Assembly: GCA_964527155.1 (NCBI GenBank)
Contig: CAZGNP010000001.1
Coordinates: 42,124 to 106,123, forward strand
Length of the DNA: 64,000 nt
Source: an uncultured Aquiluna sp.
GTDB taxonomy: Bacteria > Actinomycetota > Actinomycetes > Actinomycetales > Microbacteriaceae
Direction: 5' to 3'
The notes under the pieces: generated by a model
Told to the model about the DNA's origin: nothing
Seen by the model: the letters and a program-made list of their open reading frames with translations, nothing else
Database searches by the model: none
Shown: in pieces, positions 1 through 8,513 of the stretch
Layout of the letters: each line of letters opens with the position of its first letter
How positions within the stretch are numbered: the stretch's first letter is position 1
Translations under genes and position numbers: made by a program

Positions 1-660
1 GTCGGAAAGATCCCAACCCAGTGGTGCTCGGTCAGTCCAAAGCTCTTCCATGGTTGCGAAACCTGGTATCCCCTTGGCTGCGGTTGTACGCAAAGGCCCG
101 GCAGAAACCAAGTTAACCCGAATACCATCCTTGCCGAGATAACGAGCAAGATATCTGGCAGTGGACTCAAAGGCTGCTTTCGCAACTCCCATCCAGTCGT
201 AAACCGGCCAAGAAATACTTGCATCGAATGTTAAGCCAACTACAGAGCTTGGGTTATTCAATACTGGTTGGCAAGCTACGGTAATGGATTTCAATGAGTA
301 CGCAGAAACTTGCACCGCCGTTGAGACATCGGCCCACTCGGTTGATAAAAAGTTTCCACCTAGCGCAGATTGTGGCGCGAAAGCTATAGCGTGCACGATG
401 CCATCGAGCGATCCGATGGTGCTCCTGATTCTGTCCGGCAGAGCTGCTAAATCTTCATCATTGGTGGCATCCAGTTCAATCACTTGGACCGGCATGGGTA
501 GGCGTTGGGAAATTTTCTGAGTAATAGGGAGCATTCGACCAAAGCTACTCAAGATAACTTCAGCACCCTGCTCCTGCGCAATCTTGGCCGCGGCGAATGC
601 TATGGATGCCTCGGTTAGAACTCCAGTGATTAGAACTTTCTTACCTGTAAGAATTCCCAA
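1..660 (-). CDS. fabI: Enoyl-[acyl-carrier-protein] reductase (NADH), FabI/InhA type; C-terminus runs off the window start
   Basis: Not in the ORF track because it leaves the window. My minus-strand translation from 660 reads (M)GILTGKKVLITGVLTEASIAFAAAKIAQEQGAEVILSSFGR...DGIVHAIAFAP...DWMGVAKAAFESTARYLARYLGKDGIRVNLVSAGPLRT, collinear with InhA/FabI. In-frame TTG at 660 (GAAGGG 7 nt upstream) or 666. Lies directly downstream of fabG, as in the mycobacterial fabG1-inhA pair. Confidence 0.8.
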   Translation of the reverse strand, partial: MGILTGKKVLITGVLTEASIAFAAAKIAQEQGAEVILSSFGRMLPITQKISQRLPMPVQVIELDATNDEDLAALPDRIRSTIGSLDGIVHAIAFAPQSALGGNFLSTEWADVSTAVQVSAYSLKSITVACQPVLNNPSSVVGLTFDASISWPVYDWMGVAKAAFESTARYLARYLGKDGIRVNLVSAGPLRTTAAKGIPGFATMEELWTDRAPLGWDLSD

Positions 661-688
661 TTTCAAACCCTTCTTTTGGTTGCCAAGA

Positions 689-1393
689 CTAGTGCCCCAT
701 GCCCAATCCACCATCAACCGGGATTACCGCGCCCGTGATGTAGCCAGCTTGTTCTGAGGCAAACCAAGCCACCACTTTGGCAACTTCATCGGCCTCAGCG
801 AATCTGCCCATCGGAATCTGCTCGCGGTACCTGTCCGCTACGTCCGCCGGTAAGGAAGCTGTCATGTCAGTATTTATGAAACCAGGAGCAATCACGTTAG
901 CCGTAATGTTTTTTGAACCAAGTTCTCGCGTGATCGATCGAGCCATGCCAACCAGCGCACTCTTACTGGCTGAGTAGTTAACTTGACCGGCACTTCCAAA
1001 TAAACCAACCACAGAACCAATAAAAATTATGCGACCAAATTTGGCCTTGAGCATGCCCTTTGTAATTCGCCTAACAACTCGAAAGACGCCTGTTAGGTTC
1101 GTGTTGATAACCTCTTCAAACTCCTGCTCGGACATTCTCAGTAATAGGTTGTCTTTGGTGATCCCGGCATTTGCCACCAAAATCTCCACCGGTCCAAGTT
1201 TTTCTTCGATTTCGGTGACTGCCGCTTCCAACGAATTTGTATCGGTCACGTCGGCAACCACGGTTAGGGTTCCGTCCGGACCGTGACCAGATCTAGCGGT
1301 TACAGCGACTTTGTAACCTGCTGCCAACAGCTCCTCGGCGATGGCGTAGCCAATCCCCCGATTTCCTCCGGTAACCAGTGCTACTCTCTGCAT
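689..1393 (-). CDS. fabG: 3-oxoacyl-[acyl-carrier-protein] reductase (SDR family)
   Basis: 234-aa ORF with SDR signatures TGGNRGIG, NAG and YSASK. ATG at 1393. Upstream partner of fabI. Confidence 0.9.
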   Translation of the reverse strand: MQRVALVTGGNRGIGYAIAEELLAAGYKVAVTARSGHGPDGTLTVVADVTDTNSLEAAVTEIEEKLGPVEILVANAGITKDNLLLRMSEQEFEEVINTNLTGVFRVVRRITKGMLKAKFGRIIFIGSVVGLFGSAGQVNYSASKSALVGMARSITRELGSKNITANVIAPGFINTDMTASLPADVADRYREQIPMGRFAEADEVAKVVAWFASEQAGYITGAVIPVDGGLGMGH

Positions 1394-1471
1394 CTCTTAC
1401 CTTTCCGGGAATACTGGGGATGCCTTAGCGTTATCTTTAGAAAGTCTATTGTTTACCCCTCGGGAGCTCAT

Positions 1472-1753
1472 TTGGCCAAGCGGCAAAGCGTTACATCGCT
1501 GGAGCTTTCGCCTGAACAAGAGCGAAAAAAGCGCATGATTCGCTATTCCGTTGCAATGACGGTTAGGACCATCTGTATCGTGCTTGGGGTAGTTTCCACG
1601 GGGATTTGGATGTGGATCTTTTTCGCCCTCGCGATCTTCCTACCATATTTCGCGGTTGTAATGGCCAATGCACAAGGCGGTCGCAGCAAGAGCCAGAGTG
1701 ACCGGCTGGCGCCAAAGGTAACGATTTCCGCCAGCGAAATGAAAATTGACTGA
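1472..1753 (+). CDS. Small two-TM membrane protein, DUF3099-like
   Basis: C-terminal part of track ORF 1283..1753. Hydrophobic hairpin ICIVLGVVSTGIWMWIFFALAIFLPYFAVVMANA preceded by RKKRMIRYSVAMTVR, the pattern I associate with actinobacterial DUF3099. TTG 1472 has GGGAG 5 nt upstream; ATG 1535 is an alternative start. The longer ORF would overlap fabG. Confidence 0.55.
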   Translation: MAKRQSVTSLELSPEQERKKRMIRYSVAMTVRTICIVLGVVSTGIWMWIFFALAIFLPYFAVVMANAQGGRSKSQSDRLAPKVTISASEMKID

Positions 1754-1949
1754 ACAGACTAAATGTTCGAGAGCTGGCTGCACGAAGTCAGCTGTTGAAC
1801 TAATTGACTGGCGAAATCCCAAGGTTCACTCTCAAGATCGAATTAAGACCTGGGGTGCCTGTGCCGATCACACCCAGTATCTGGTTGACTATGTTTCAGC
1901 TCGCGACTTTTTTCTAAGGACCAGAGAGATTGAATCAAAGCGCAATTAA
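1746..1949 (+). CDS. Hypothetical 67-aa Cys/His mini-protein (possible zinc ribbon, DUF3499-like pattern)
   Basis: TTG start overlaps the preceding stop by 8 nt, and the SURF1 start overlaps its 3' end by 20 nt. C7-x4-C12 ... C39-x2-H42 (KCSRAGCTKSAV ... GACADHTQYL). No clear SD and only one in-frame start candidate. Confidence 0.4.
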   Translation: MTEQTKCSRAGCTKSAVELIDWRNPKVHSQDRIKTWGACADHTQYLVDYVSARDFFLRTREIESKRN

Positions 1950-2730
1950 GAGGTGGGGACCCTGGCTGGCCCTTGTTGTCCTGTTCTCTGTTGCGACATC
2001 CCTACTTAGCAATTGGCAATTTGAGCGTCGGCAGGAAAGAGTCAGTCAGATTCAGCAAGTTCAAAATAACTACGATCAGCCACCGCTTGAAATTGATCAA
2101 ATTCAGTGGACGCCGCAAGACGGAATCAATCCGCTTGAGTGGCGACCAGTTAGGGTGCAAGGTGAGTACTTACCCGAAGTATTTTTAGTTCGAAATCGCC
2201 CGCTAGCCGGTCAGGCAGGCTTTCTACAATTGGTGCCATTCCAGCTCACCGACGGAACAATCCTGATAGTTGAACGTGGTTGGCTTCCGGCATCCTCGCG
2301 CCTGACAGTACCCGAAAACAATCCGAAGCCTGCTTTGGGCAACTATGAGTTGGTAGTGAGAGTTCGAGCGGGCGAGGAAGATTTGGGTCGAGAACAGGCC
2401 GACACGTTAGCTTCGATTGATCTTTCAGAAGTTGCAGCACGAGTCGGTTCGGAAAAAGTAATCGTTGATTACTACGGGAGACTAGTTGCCGAAAACCCTA
2501 AAAACCAAGATGCCCCTCTTCCAATGCCAAAACCCAGTTTGAACGAGGGCAACCATCTGTCCTACGCAATTCAATGGATCATTTTCGGCCTCATGGCATT
2601 TGGCGCTTTTATCTGGGCCTATCGAAATGACCAGCGATTGGCGGCTGAGGCAAGGGGCGAGCTCCCGAAGCGAATTCGTAAAAAAGGTCAGGCCGATAGG
2701 GATGCTGAATTTGAGGATGCCAACCAGTAG
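1930..2730 (+). CDS. SURF1/Shy1-family cytochrome oxidase assembly protein
   Basis: 266 aa. N-terminal TM (WLALVVLFSVATSLL) and C-terminal TM with HLSYAIQWIIFGLMAFGAF, typical of the SURF1 family. TTG start. Confidence 0.8.
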   Translation: MNQSAIKRWGPWLALVVLFSVATSLLSNWQFERRQERVSQIQQVQNNYDQPPLEIDQIQWTPQDGINPLEWRPVRVQGEYLPEVFLVRNRPLAGQAGFLQLVPFQLTDGTILIVERGWLPASSRLTVPENNPKPALGNYELVVRVRAGEEDLGREQADTLASIDLSEVAARVGSEKVIVDYYGRLVAENPKNQDAPLPMPKPSLNEGNHLSYAIQWIIFGLMAFGAFIWAYRNDQRLAAEARGELPKRIRKKGQADRDAEFEDANQ

Positions 2731-2756
2731 GCTTCTGCCATAACGAAGGGAAAACT

Positions 2757-3314
2757 ATGAGTGTTCTGCAAGTAAGTCTGATTGATCGAGTAATTCCTCG
2801 CAGTCGAATTACCGATTTGGCTCTTATTTCAGCAGGGGCTGGCTTGACGGCAGTTCTGGCTCAAGTTCAAATTCCCATGTATCCAGTTCCGATGACCTTG
2901 CAGACCTTCGCTGTTCTATTGATTGCAGCAGCATTTGGCCCATGGCGAGCACTTTCCTCAATGGGTCTCTACATTGCAATGGGAGCCGCTGGTTTGCCGG
3001 TTTTTGCTGGAGCAAAAGCTTTGGGTCAAGTACTGCCAACAGCCGGCTACCTGGTTGGCTTTGCCTTCGCGGCGGTAGTGGTTGGTCTGTTGGCAAATCG
3101 CGGTTTAGTTCGAAGACCAGGATCGGTTCTTGTCAGCTTTCTAGCTGGTAGTGCAGTGATCTACATCTTCGGGGCAGGTTGGTTAGTGGTTGGACTTGGA
3201 ATGGATATTCAACAGGCGCTGTTGGCTGGTGTTCTGCCATTCCTTGTCGGAGATGCAGCGAAAGCGCTTCTTGCAGCAGCCGTTTTGCCTGCGGCCTGGA
3301 AATTTGCTGGCTAA
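2757..3314 (+). CDS. bioY: Biotin transporter S-component BioY (no linked bioMN)
   Basis: 185-aa polytopic membrane protein. The PMYPVPMTLQTFAVLL ... GAAGLPVFAG pattern is typical of BioY. ATG start. Confidence 0.85.
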   Translation: MSVLQVSLIDRVIPRSRITDLALISAGAGLTAVLAQVQIPMYPVPMTLQTFAVLLIAAAFGPWRALSSMGLYIAMGAAGLPVFAGAKALGQVLPTAGYLVGFAFAAVVVGLLANRGLVRRPGSVLVSFLAGSAVIYIFGAGWLVVGLGMDIQQALLAGVLPFLVGDAAKALLAAAVLPAAWKFAG

Positions 3315-3640
3315 ATAGAGAAGCCGATAGCTCGCATCATTTCGCGGCCATCTTCAGTAATTTTCTCTGGACCCCACGGCGGCATCCAAACCCAGTTGAT
3401 GCGAAATGCCTCCACCACTCCGTCCAGAGCTTCCGCCGTTTGCTCTTCGATGACATCAGTGAGCGGGCAGCCTGCCGATGTTAGCGTCATGTTTATGAGC
3501 AACGCTCCGTCATCAGACTCTTGCAGTCCATAGATCAGGCCCAAATCAACAATATTGACGCCAATTTCAGGGTCGATGATGTTTTTCATCGCCTCGATTA
3601 CTTCGTCATACTTGGCGGCTGGTAGTTCTTTTGCGTTCAT
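3311..3640 (-). CDS. sufT: DUF59 (SufT-like) Fe-S assembly protein
   Basis: 109 aa. DPEIGVNIVDLGLIY ... MTLTSAGCPL is the DUF59 signature. Its ATG overlaps the sufC stop (ATGA). Confidence 0.85.
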   Translation of the reverse strand: MNAKELPAAKYDEVIEAMKNIIDPEIGVNIVDLGLIYGLQESDDGALLINMTLTSAGCPLTDVIEEQTAEALDGVVEAFRINWVWMPPWGPEKITEDGREMMRAIGFSI

Positions 3641-4395
3641 GCAGAGGCCTTGAGGTAACGGTCGTATCCTTCATTCTCCAGTCTCGCTGCAAGTTCCGCG
3701 CCTCCCTGTTCGGCTAACTTGCCATTGACGAACACATGAACAAAATCCGGCTTGATGTAATTCAAAATGCGGGTGTAGTGAGTGATTAGCAACACGCCTA
3801 GGTTGTTGTTTGCGTGGGCTCGGTTTACACCCTCAGAAACAATTCTCAAGGCATCGACGTCGAGCCCAGAATCTGTTTCATCCAAGATCGCGATTTTTGG
3901 CTTGAGCAGCTCCAGTTGCAGAATCTCGTGACGCTTCTTCTCTCCACCCGAGAATCCTTCATTCACATTTCGTTCGGTGAAGTCCGGGTCCATTCGCAAG
4001 TTGCTCATTGAAGTCTTTAGTTCCCCAACCCACTCACGAAGTTTTGGCGCTTCGCCACTGATGGCGGTCTTCGCAGTCCTCAAGAAGTTGGAGACCGATA
4101 CCCCTGGAACCTCAACCGGATACTGCATAGCTAAAAATAGACCGGCTCGCGCTCTCTCATCAACGCTCATCTCGAGTACACTTTCGCCGTCCAGCAGGAT
4201 CTCACCTTCGGTTACCTCGTATTTGGGGTGACCAGCGACCGAATAGGCAAGAGTCGACTTTCCAGATCCGTTAGGACCCATAATGGCGTGGATCTCACCA
4301 GATCGAACCGTTAGGTCGATCCCGTTCAGGATCTGCTTGTTTCCCTGGTCGGTGATGACGGAAACGTGCAGGTTCTTTATTTCCAGTGTCGACAT
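3637..4395 (-). CDS. sufC: Fe-S cluster assembly ATPase SufC
   Basis: 252 aa. Walker A GPNGSGKST, ABC signature FSGGEKKR, Walker B ILDETDSGLD. Confidence 0.95.
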   Translation of the reverse strand: MSTLEIKNLHVSVITDQGNKQILNGIDLTVRSGEIHAIMGPNGSGKSTLAYSVAGHPKYEVTEGEILLDGESVLEMSVDERARAGLFLAMQYPVEVPGVSVSNFLRTAKTAISGEAPKLREWVGELKTSMSNLRMDPDFTERNVNEGFSGGEKKRHEILQLELLKPKIAILDETDSGLDVDALRIVSEGVNRAHANNNLGVLLITHYTRILNYIKPDFVHVFVNGKLAEQGGAELAARLENEGYDRYLKASA

Positions 4396-4406
4396 TGTCT
4401 TCCTTA

Positions 4407-4718
4407 CTATCCTTCGTACTCAACGAAAATTTCATCGTTATCAATCAAAACTTCATAGGTTGCAACCGGTTCATAAGCTGGCAAGGACAGCGGCTTACCA
4501 GTGTTCAAATCAAACTTAGCTCCGTGGGCCCAGCATTCAATGGTCTCGTTATCCACAAATCCCTCTGAGAGGGAGATCTCACCGTGTGAGCACTTATCGT
4601 CTAGTGCCTTGACATCCCCATTAGGTGTGCGGATTATCGCAAGGGCGTGATCACCGATCTTTACCCTGATTGCTTTGCCAGGCTTCAAGTCAGCTAGAGC
4701 ACATATGCGAACAGCCAT
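4407..4718 (-). CDS. Rieske [2Fe-2S] ferredoxin (non-heme iron oxygenase ferredoxin-subunit type) embedded in the suf operon
   Basis: 103 aa. Rieske motif CSH-x16-CWAH. Its ATG overlaps the sufD stop by 1 nt (TAATG). Confidence 0.85.
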   Translation of the reverse strand: MAVRICALADLKPGKAIRVKIGDHALAIIRTPNGDVKALDDKCSHGEISLSEGFVDNETIECWAHGAKFDLNTGKPLSLPAYEPVATYEVLIDNDEIFVEYEG

Positions 4719-5872
4719 TAGTTTCCTACCCTTTCAAGTTCCGACTCGATTCCTGAGATTAGACGCTGCTCAACCTCTTCAATGTCGATCTTCTGAATGA
4801 TTTCACTTAGGAAACCTCGAACTACGAGCTTCTTTGCCGATGTCTCGTCGATCCCTCTTGCCATTAGGTAAAAAAGCTGCAGATCATCGAAGCGCCCAGA
4901 CGCACTGGCATGTCCAGCGCCGGCAATCTTGCCCGTTTCGATTTCAAGGTTGGGGACGGAGTCTGCCCTTGCGCCATCGACCAATAGAAGGTTGCGGTTG
5001 AGCTCATAGGTGTCGGTTCCAACTGCTGTCTCGCGAATCAGCACATCGCCGACCCAAACAGTGTGAGCGCCAGCACCCTTTAGTGCGCCTTTATAGGCAA
5101 CATTCGAAACACAGTTCTCTGCAATGTGATCAACATAGGGCCGATGCTCAAAGTAGTTGCCCGTATCGGCAAGATACACGCCATACATGTTTACCTCAGC
5201 GCCGGCTGAGTCGAGTTTGACAGCCGGAACTACTCGGACCAGATCTCCACCCATGTTTACCACGATGTGCTTGAGTTTGCTTGCGCGACCTAATTTTGCA
5301 AACTGTGTTGAGATGTGGGTTGAACCACTCTCCCATTCCTGCAGGCTCACGAAATTTAGTTCTGCGCCGTCTTCTAAAACTATTTCAACGTTCTCGGCTA
5401 GGGCAGCAGTCCCCACGTGATCCAAGACCATGGTCATCTTCGAGTGTCTCTTCAAATGCACAAAGATGTGCGCGGCGGTGGCTTCATCTGATGCTGGAGA
5501 AATCTTCACAAACTGCGGTTGCGCCACCTCGGTGTTGGCCGCTACTTCAATTAGCAGAGTCTTGGATGCGTTGGTCCAAGCGGCTGCAGCGATTCTGTCC
5601 TCTGGAAGCCCTGCCGAGCCAACAATTGGATCGGAAGAATCAATCCACGTGCTATGCACGTCGCTACTGAGTTTTAGCTCGACGTCGGCCTCATCTATTT
5701 CAGCCATCACCTCGCTGTCCAAACCTCGCAATTTATCCTGCGGAATGTAACGCCAGACCTCTTGCGTCTTTGAAATTTCAGGAAAATCTGAAACCGAAGT
5801 TGATTTTGGTCTTTCGCTTCTGGTTTGAATTGGGACGCCGTGTGAGTGCGCTGTTGCTTCCTGTTGACCCAC
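4718..5872 (-). CDS. sufD: Fe-S cluster assembly protein SufD
   Basis: 384 aa, beta-helix SufB/SufD family C-terminal region (...NRNLLL...ADSVPNLEIETG...). GTG start overlaps the sufB stop by 1 nt. Operon position between sufB and sufC. Confidence 0.9.
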   Translation of the reverse strand: MGQQEATAHSHGVPIQTRSERPKSTSVSDFPEISKTQEVWRYIPQDKLRGLDSEVMAEIDEADVELKLSSDVHSTWIDSSDPIVGSAGLPEDRIAAAAWTNASKTLLIEVAANTEVAQPQFVKISPASDEATAAHIFVHLKRHSKMTMVLDHVGTAALAENVEIVLEDGAELNFVSLQEWESGSTHISTQFAKLGRASKLKHIVVNMGGDLVRVVPAVKLDSAGAEVNMYGVYLADTGNYFEHRPYVDHIAENCVSNVAYKGALKGAGAHTVWVGDVLIRETAVGTDTYELNRNLLLVDGARADSVPNLEIETGKIAGAGHASASGRFDDLQLFYLMARGIDETSAKKLVVRGFLSEIIQKIDIEEVEQRLISGIESELERVGN

Positions 5873-7290
5873 TATCCAACGGCCCCTTCCATCTGCATTT
5901 CGATTAGTTTGTTGAGCTCAAGCGCATATTCCATTGGAAGCTCTTTGGCAATTGGTTCAATGAAGCCTCGGACGATCATCGCCATCGCCTCGTCCTCTTC
6001 GATGCCCCTTGACTGAAGATAGAACAGCTGCTCCGCGCTGATTTGAGAAACAGTCGCCTCATGTCCCATTGAGACATCGTCTTCTCGAATGTCATTGGCT
6101 GGATAAGTGTCTGAGCGAGAAATAGTGTCTACCAAGAGCGCGTCACATCGCACGGTATTGGCTGAGTGGTGTGCACCAGGGTTAACTCTTATTTCACCAC
6201 GATACGAGGTTCTTCCTCCACCACGAGCAATCGACTTTGAGACAATCGAGCTGGTTGTGTACGGAGCAAGGTGAATCATTTTGGCACCAGCGTCTTGGTG
6301 CTGACCCTCACCAGCAAATGCGACGGATAGGGTTTCTCCCCTAGCGTGCTCACCGGCGAGAATTACGCTCGGATACTTCATGGTCACTTTCGAGCCGATA
6401 TTGCCGTCGATCCATTCCATCGTCGCACCTTCATGCGCAATAGCGCGCTTGGTCACCAGGTTGTAGACGTTGTTGGACCAATTTTGAATAGTGGTGTAGC
6501 GAACCCGCGCGTTCTTTTTCACAATAATTTCGACAACTGCACTGTGCAAGGAATCCGATTGGTAAACAGGCGCTGTGCATCCCTCGATGTAGTGGACGTA
6601 GGACCCCTCGTCAGCAATAATTAGGGTTCGCTCAAACTGGCCCATGTTCTCAGTGTTTATTCGGAAATAAGCCTGAAGTGGAATCTCTACGTGCACTCCC
6701 TTGGGCACATATACAAATGAACCACCTGACCAAACTGCGGTGTTTAGCGCAGCGAATTTGTTATCACCCGCTGGAATTACGGTTCCGAAATACTCCTTAA
6801 AAAATTCCGGATGTTCCCTCAGGGCCGTGTCAGTGTCCAGGAAGAGCACACCCTGGGCCTCTAGGTCCTCACGAATCTGGTGGTACACAACCTCCGACTC
6901 ATACTGCGCGGCAACGCCTGCTACCAACCGCTGCCTCTCAGCCTCCGGAATTCCAAGTCGCTCGTAGGTATTTCTAATGTCCTCGGGCAAGTCCTCCCAT
7001 GTCTGCGCCTGCCGCTCAGTTGATCGAACAAAATATTTGATGTTGTCAAAGTGAATGCCGGAAAGGTCAGAACCCCAGGTGGGCATTGGTTTGCGAAGGA
7101 AAAATTCATAACCTTTGAGTCTTCGCTCAAGCATCCATTCAGGTTCGCTCTTGAGGCCTGAGATGTCACGAACTACTTCTTCGCTGATACCTCGCCTAGC
7201 CGAAGCCCCCGCAGTGTCCTTGTCGGACCAACCAAACTCGTAGTTCCCAAGGGCATCAAGCTCAGGGCGGTCGATAATTCTTTCGGACAC
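5872..7290 (-). CDS. sufB: Fe-S cluster assembly scaffold SufB
   Basis: 472 aa, strongly SufB-like throughout (e.g. [30 protein letters not shown]). GTG start with GGAGG 6 nt upstream. Confidence 0.95.
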   Translation of the reverse strand: MSERIIDRPELDALGNYEFGWSDKDTAGASARRGISEEVVRDISGLKSEPEWMLERRLKGYEFFLRKPMPTWGSDLSGIHFDNIKYFVRSTERQAQTWEDLPEDIRNTYERLGIPEAERQRLVAGVAAQYESEVVYHQIREDLEAQGVLFLDTDTALREHPEFFKEYFGTVIPAGDNKFAALNTAVWSGGSFVYVPKGVHVEIPLQAYFRINTENMGQFERTLIIADEGSYVHYIEGCTAPVYQSDSLHSAVVEIIVKKNARVRYTTIQNWSNNVYNLVTKRAIAHEGATMEWIDGNIGSKVTMKYPSVILAGEHARGETLSVAFAGEGQHQDAGAKMIHLAPYTTSSIVSKSIARGGGRTSYRGEIRVNPGAHHSANTVRCDALLVDTISRSDTYPANDIREDDVSMGHEATVSQISAEQLFYLQSRGIEEDEAMAMIVRGFIEPIAKELPMEYALELNKLIEMQMEGAVG

Positions 7291-7316
7291 TGGGTACCTC
7301 CTACTTCAGTAAGTAC

Positions 7317-7330
7317 AACCCACCAGGGTT
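7317..7330. promoter_or_regulatory. Inverted repeat AACCC-ACCA-GGGTT in the sufB 5' region (possible operator or 5'-UTR hairpin)
   Basis: Perfect 5-bp arms with a 4-nt spacer, 27-40 nt upstream of the sufB GTG, in the 134-nt divergent sufB/ctaA gap. A second repeat, TCTAG-N7-CTAGA, lies at 7377..7393. Function is untested. Confidence 0.2.
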
Positions 7331-7424
7331 CTCGGTATTCCTGCTGAAAAGCCGTGAGAGACTGGAGGGAGAGGACTCTAGGCTATTTCTAGATCAACGA
7401 GAAAACCAGTAAGGATTACCTAAG

Positions 7425-8513
7425 TTGACCCTTGTCGCTAATCCAATTTCGCGAGCATTTTCCGCCCTGACCTCCCCAAGGCGATTGCGATTGTTTGTTT
7501 GGCTGTCCCTCGCAACTCAGATTTTGATCGTGGTGACCGGTGGATTGGTCCGACTTACAGGCTCTGGACTCGGCTGTCCCACTTGGCCTAAATGCACGGA
7601 TGATTCATTGGTTTCCACACCTGAAATGGGAATTCACGGGCTAATCGAGTTTGGTAACCGTCTACTCACATTTGTCTTGCTAATCGTTGCTCTACTAACT
7701 TTTGTGACTGTTCTTCGCATGCGTGAAGATCGTTCCGTTCTCACGAAGTTGACCATAGGTTTCTTCGGATTCGTAGCACTATTTATCGTTGGCCTCGTTT
7801 TAGCTGTTGGAACAATTGATGTCGCTTCAATTTCAGTGCTGGTGGCATCTTGTATGGGAATGATTGGCATGGCAATTGCCTTCCTCTGGGTGGCTCGAAG
7901 GCTCGGCGGAAAGAGTTTGGTTGTGCCAGCCTTTGGGCTTGGCTTTGGAATTATTTTGCAAGCGATTGTTGGCGGCATAACTGTGCTGACGGAACTGAAT
8001 TCCTGGATTGTTGGTTTGCACTTCCTTATCTCATCGGCCCTCATCGGCCTAGCCTCCGTGCTTGTTTTTCGGGCTCTTCCAAAAGCCCCGTCCATGGTTG
8101 CAGCTGTCACTAGTCAACTGCGCGTACCCACGGCTTTGATTTCTGCCATCACGATTGTTATTGGTGTGTTGGTTACGGGTGCTGGTCCACATGCCGGTGA
8201 CGCAGATACTCCGAGAAACGGATTGGATCTCGAGCTTTGGCAACATTTTCACTCTTATCCCGGGTATCTAATGCTTGGTCTGATATTCGTGCAATGGTTT
8301 TACCAAGTTAGACAATCTGGCAGCATCTGGTTACAACTGCCTTCCAGAGTGCTGACGATTTTCCTTATAACCACAATTGCGCAAGCAATTGTTGGTGTTG
8401 TTCAGGCAAGACTTGGGGTACCAGAATTTCTGGTCGCTCTACACATGCTCGGAGCCGCTGTGCTTTCTTCCTTGGTTACTTTTCAATTTCTTGTTCTCAG
8501 AAGAATTCCATGA
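7425..8513 (+). CDS. ctaA: Heme A synthase CtaA (COX15 family)
   Basis: 362-aa polytopic membrane protein. GSGLGCPTWPKC motif and paired His-containing helices. TTG start with AAGGA 9 nt upstream. Confidence 0.85.
   Translation: MTLVANPISRAFSALTSPRRLRLFVWLSLATQILIVVTGGLVRLTGSGLGCPTWPKCTDDSLVSTPEMGIHGLIEFGNRLLTFVLLIVALLTFVTVLRMREDRSVLTKLTIGFFGFVALFIVGLVLAVGTIDVASISVLVASCMGMIGMAIAFLWVARRLGGKSLVVPAFGLGFGIILQAIVGGITVLTELNSWIVGLHFLISSALIGLASVLVFRALPKAPSMVAAVTSQLRVPTALISAITIVIGVLVTGAGPHAGDADTPRNGLDLELWQHFHSYPGYLMLGLIFVQWFYQVRQSGSIWLQLPSRVLTIFLITTIAQAIVGVVQARLGVPEFLVALHMLGAAVLSSLVTFQFLVLRRIP

Noticed and set aside
1283-1471. N-terminal part of the 156-aa ORF overlapping fabG on the opposite strand.
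   Set aside because: It overlaps 111 nt of fabG. The DUF3099-like sequence only begins after 1472, where an SD-preceded TTG exists.
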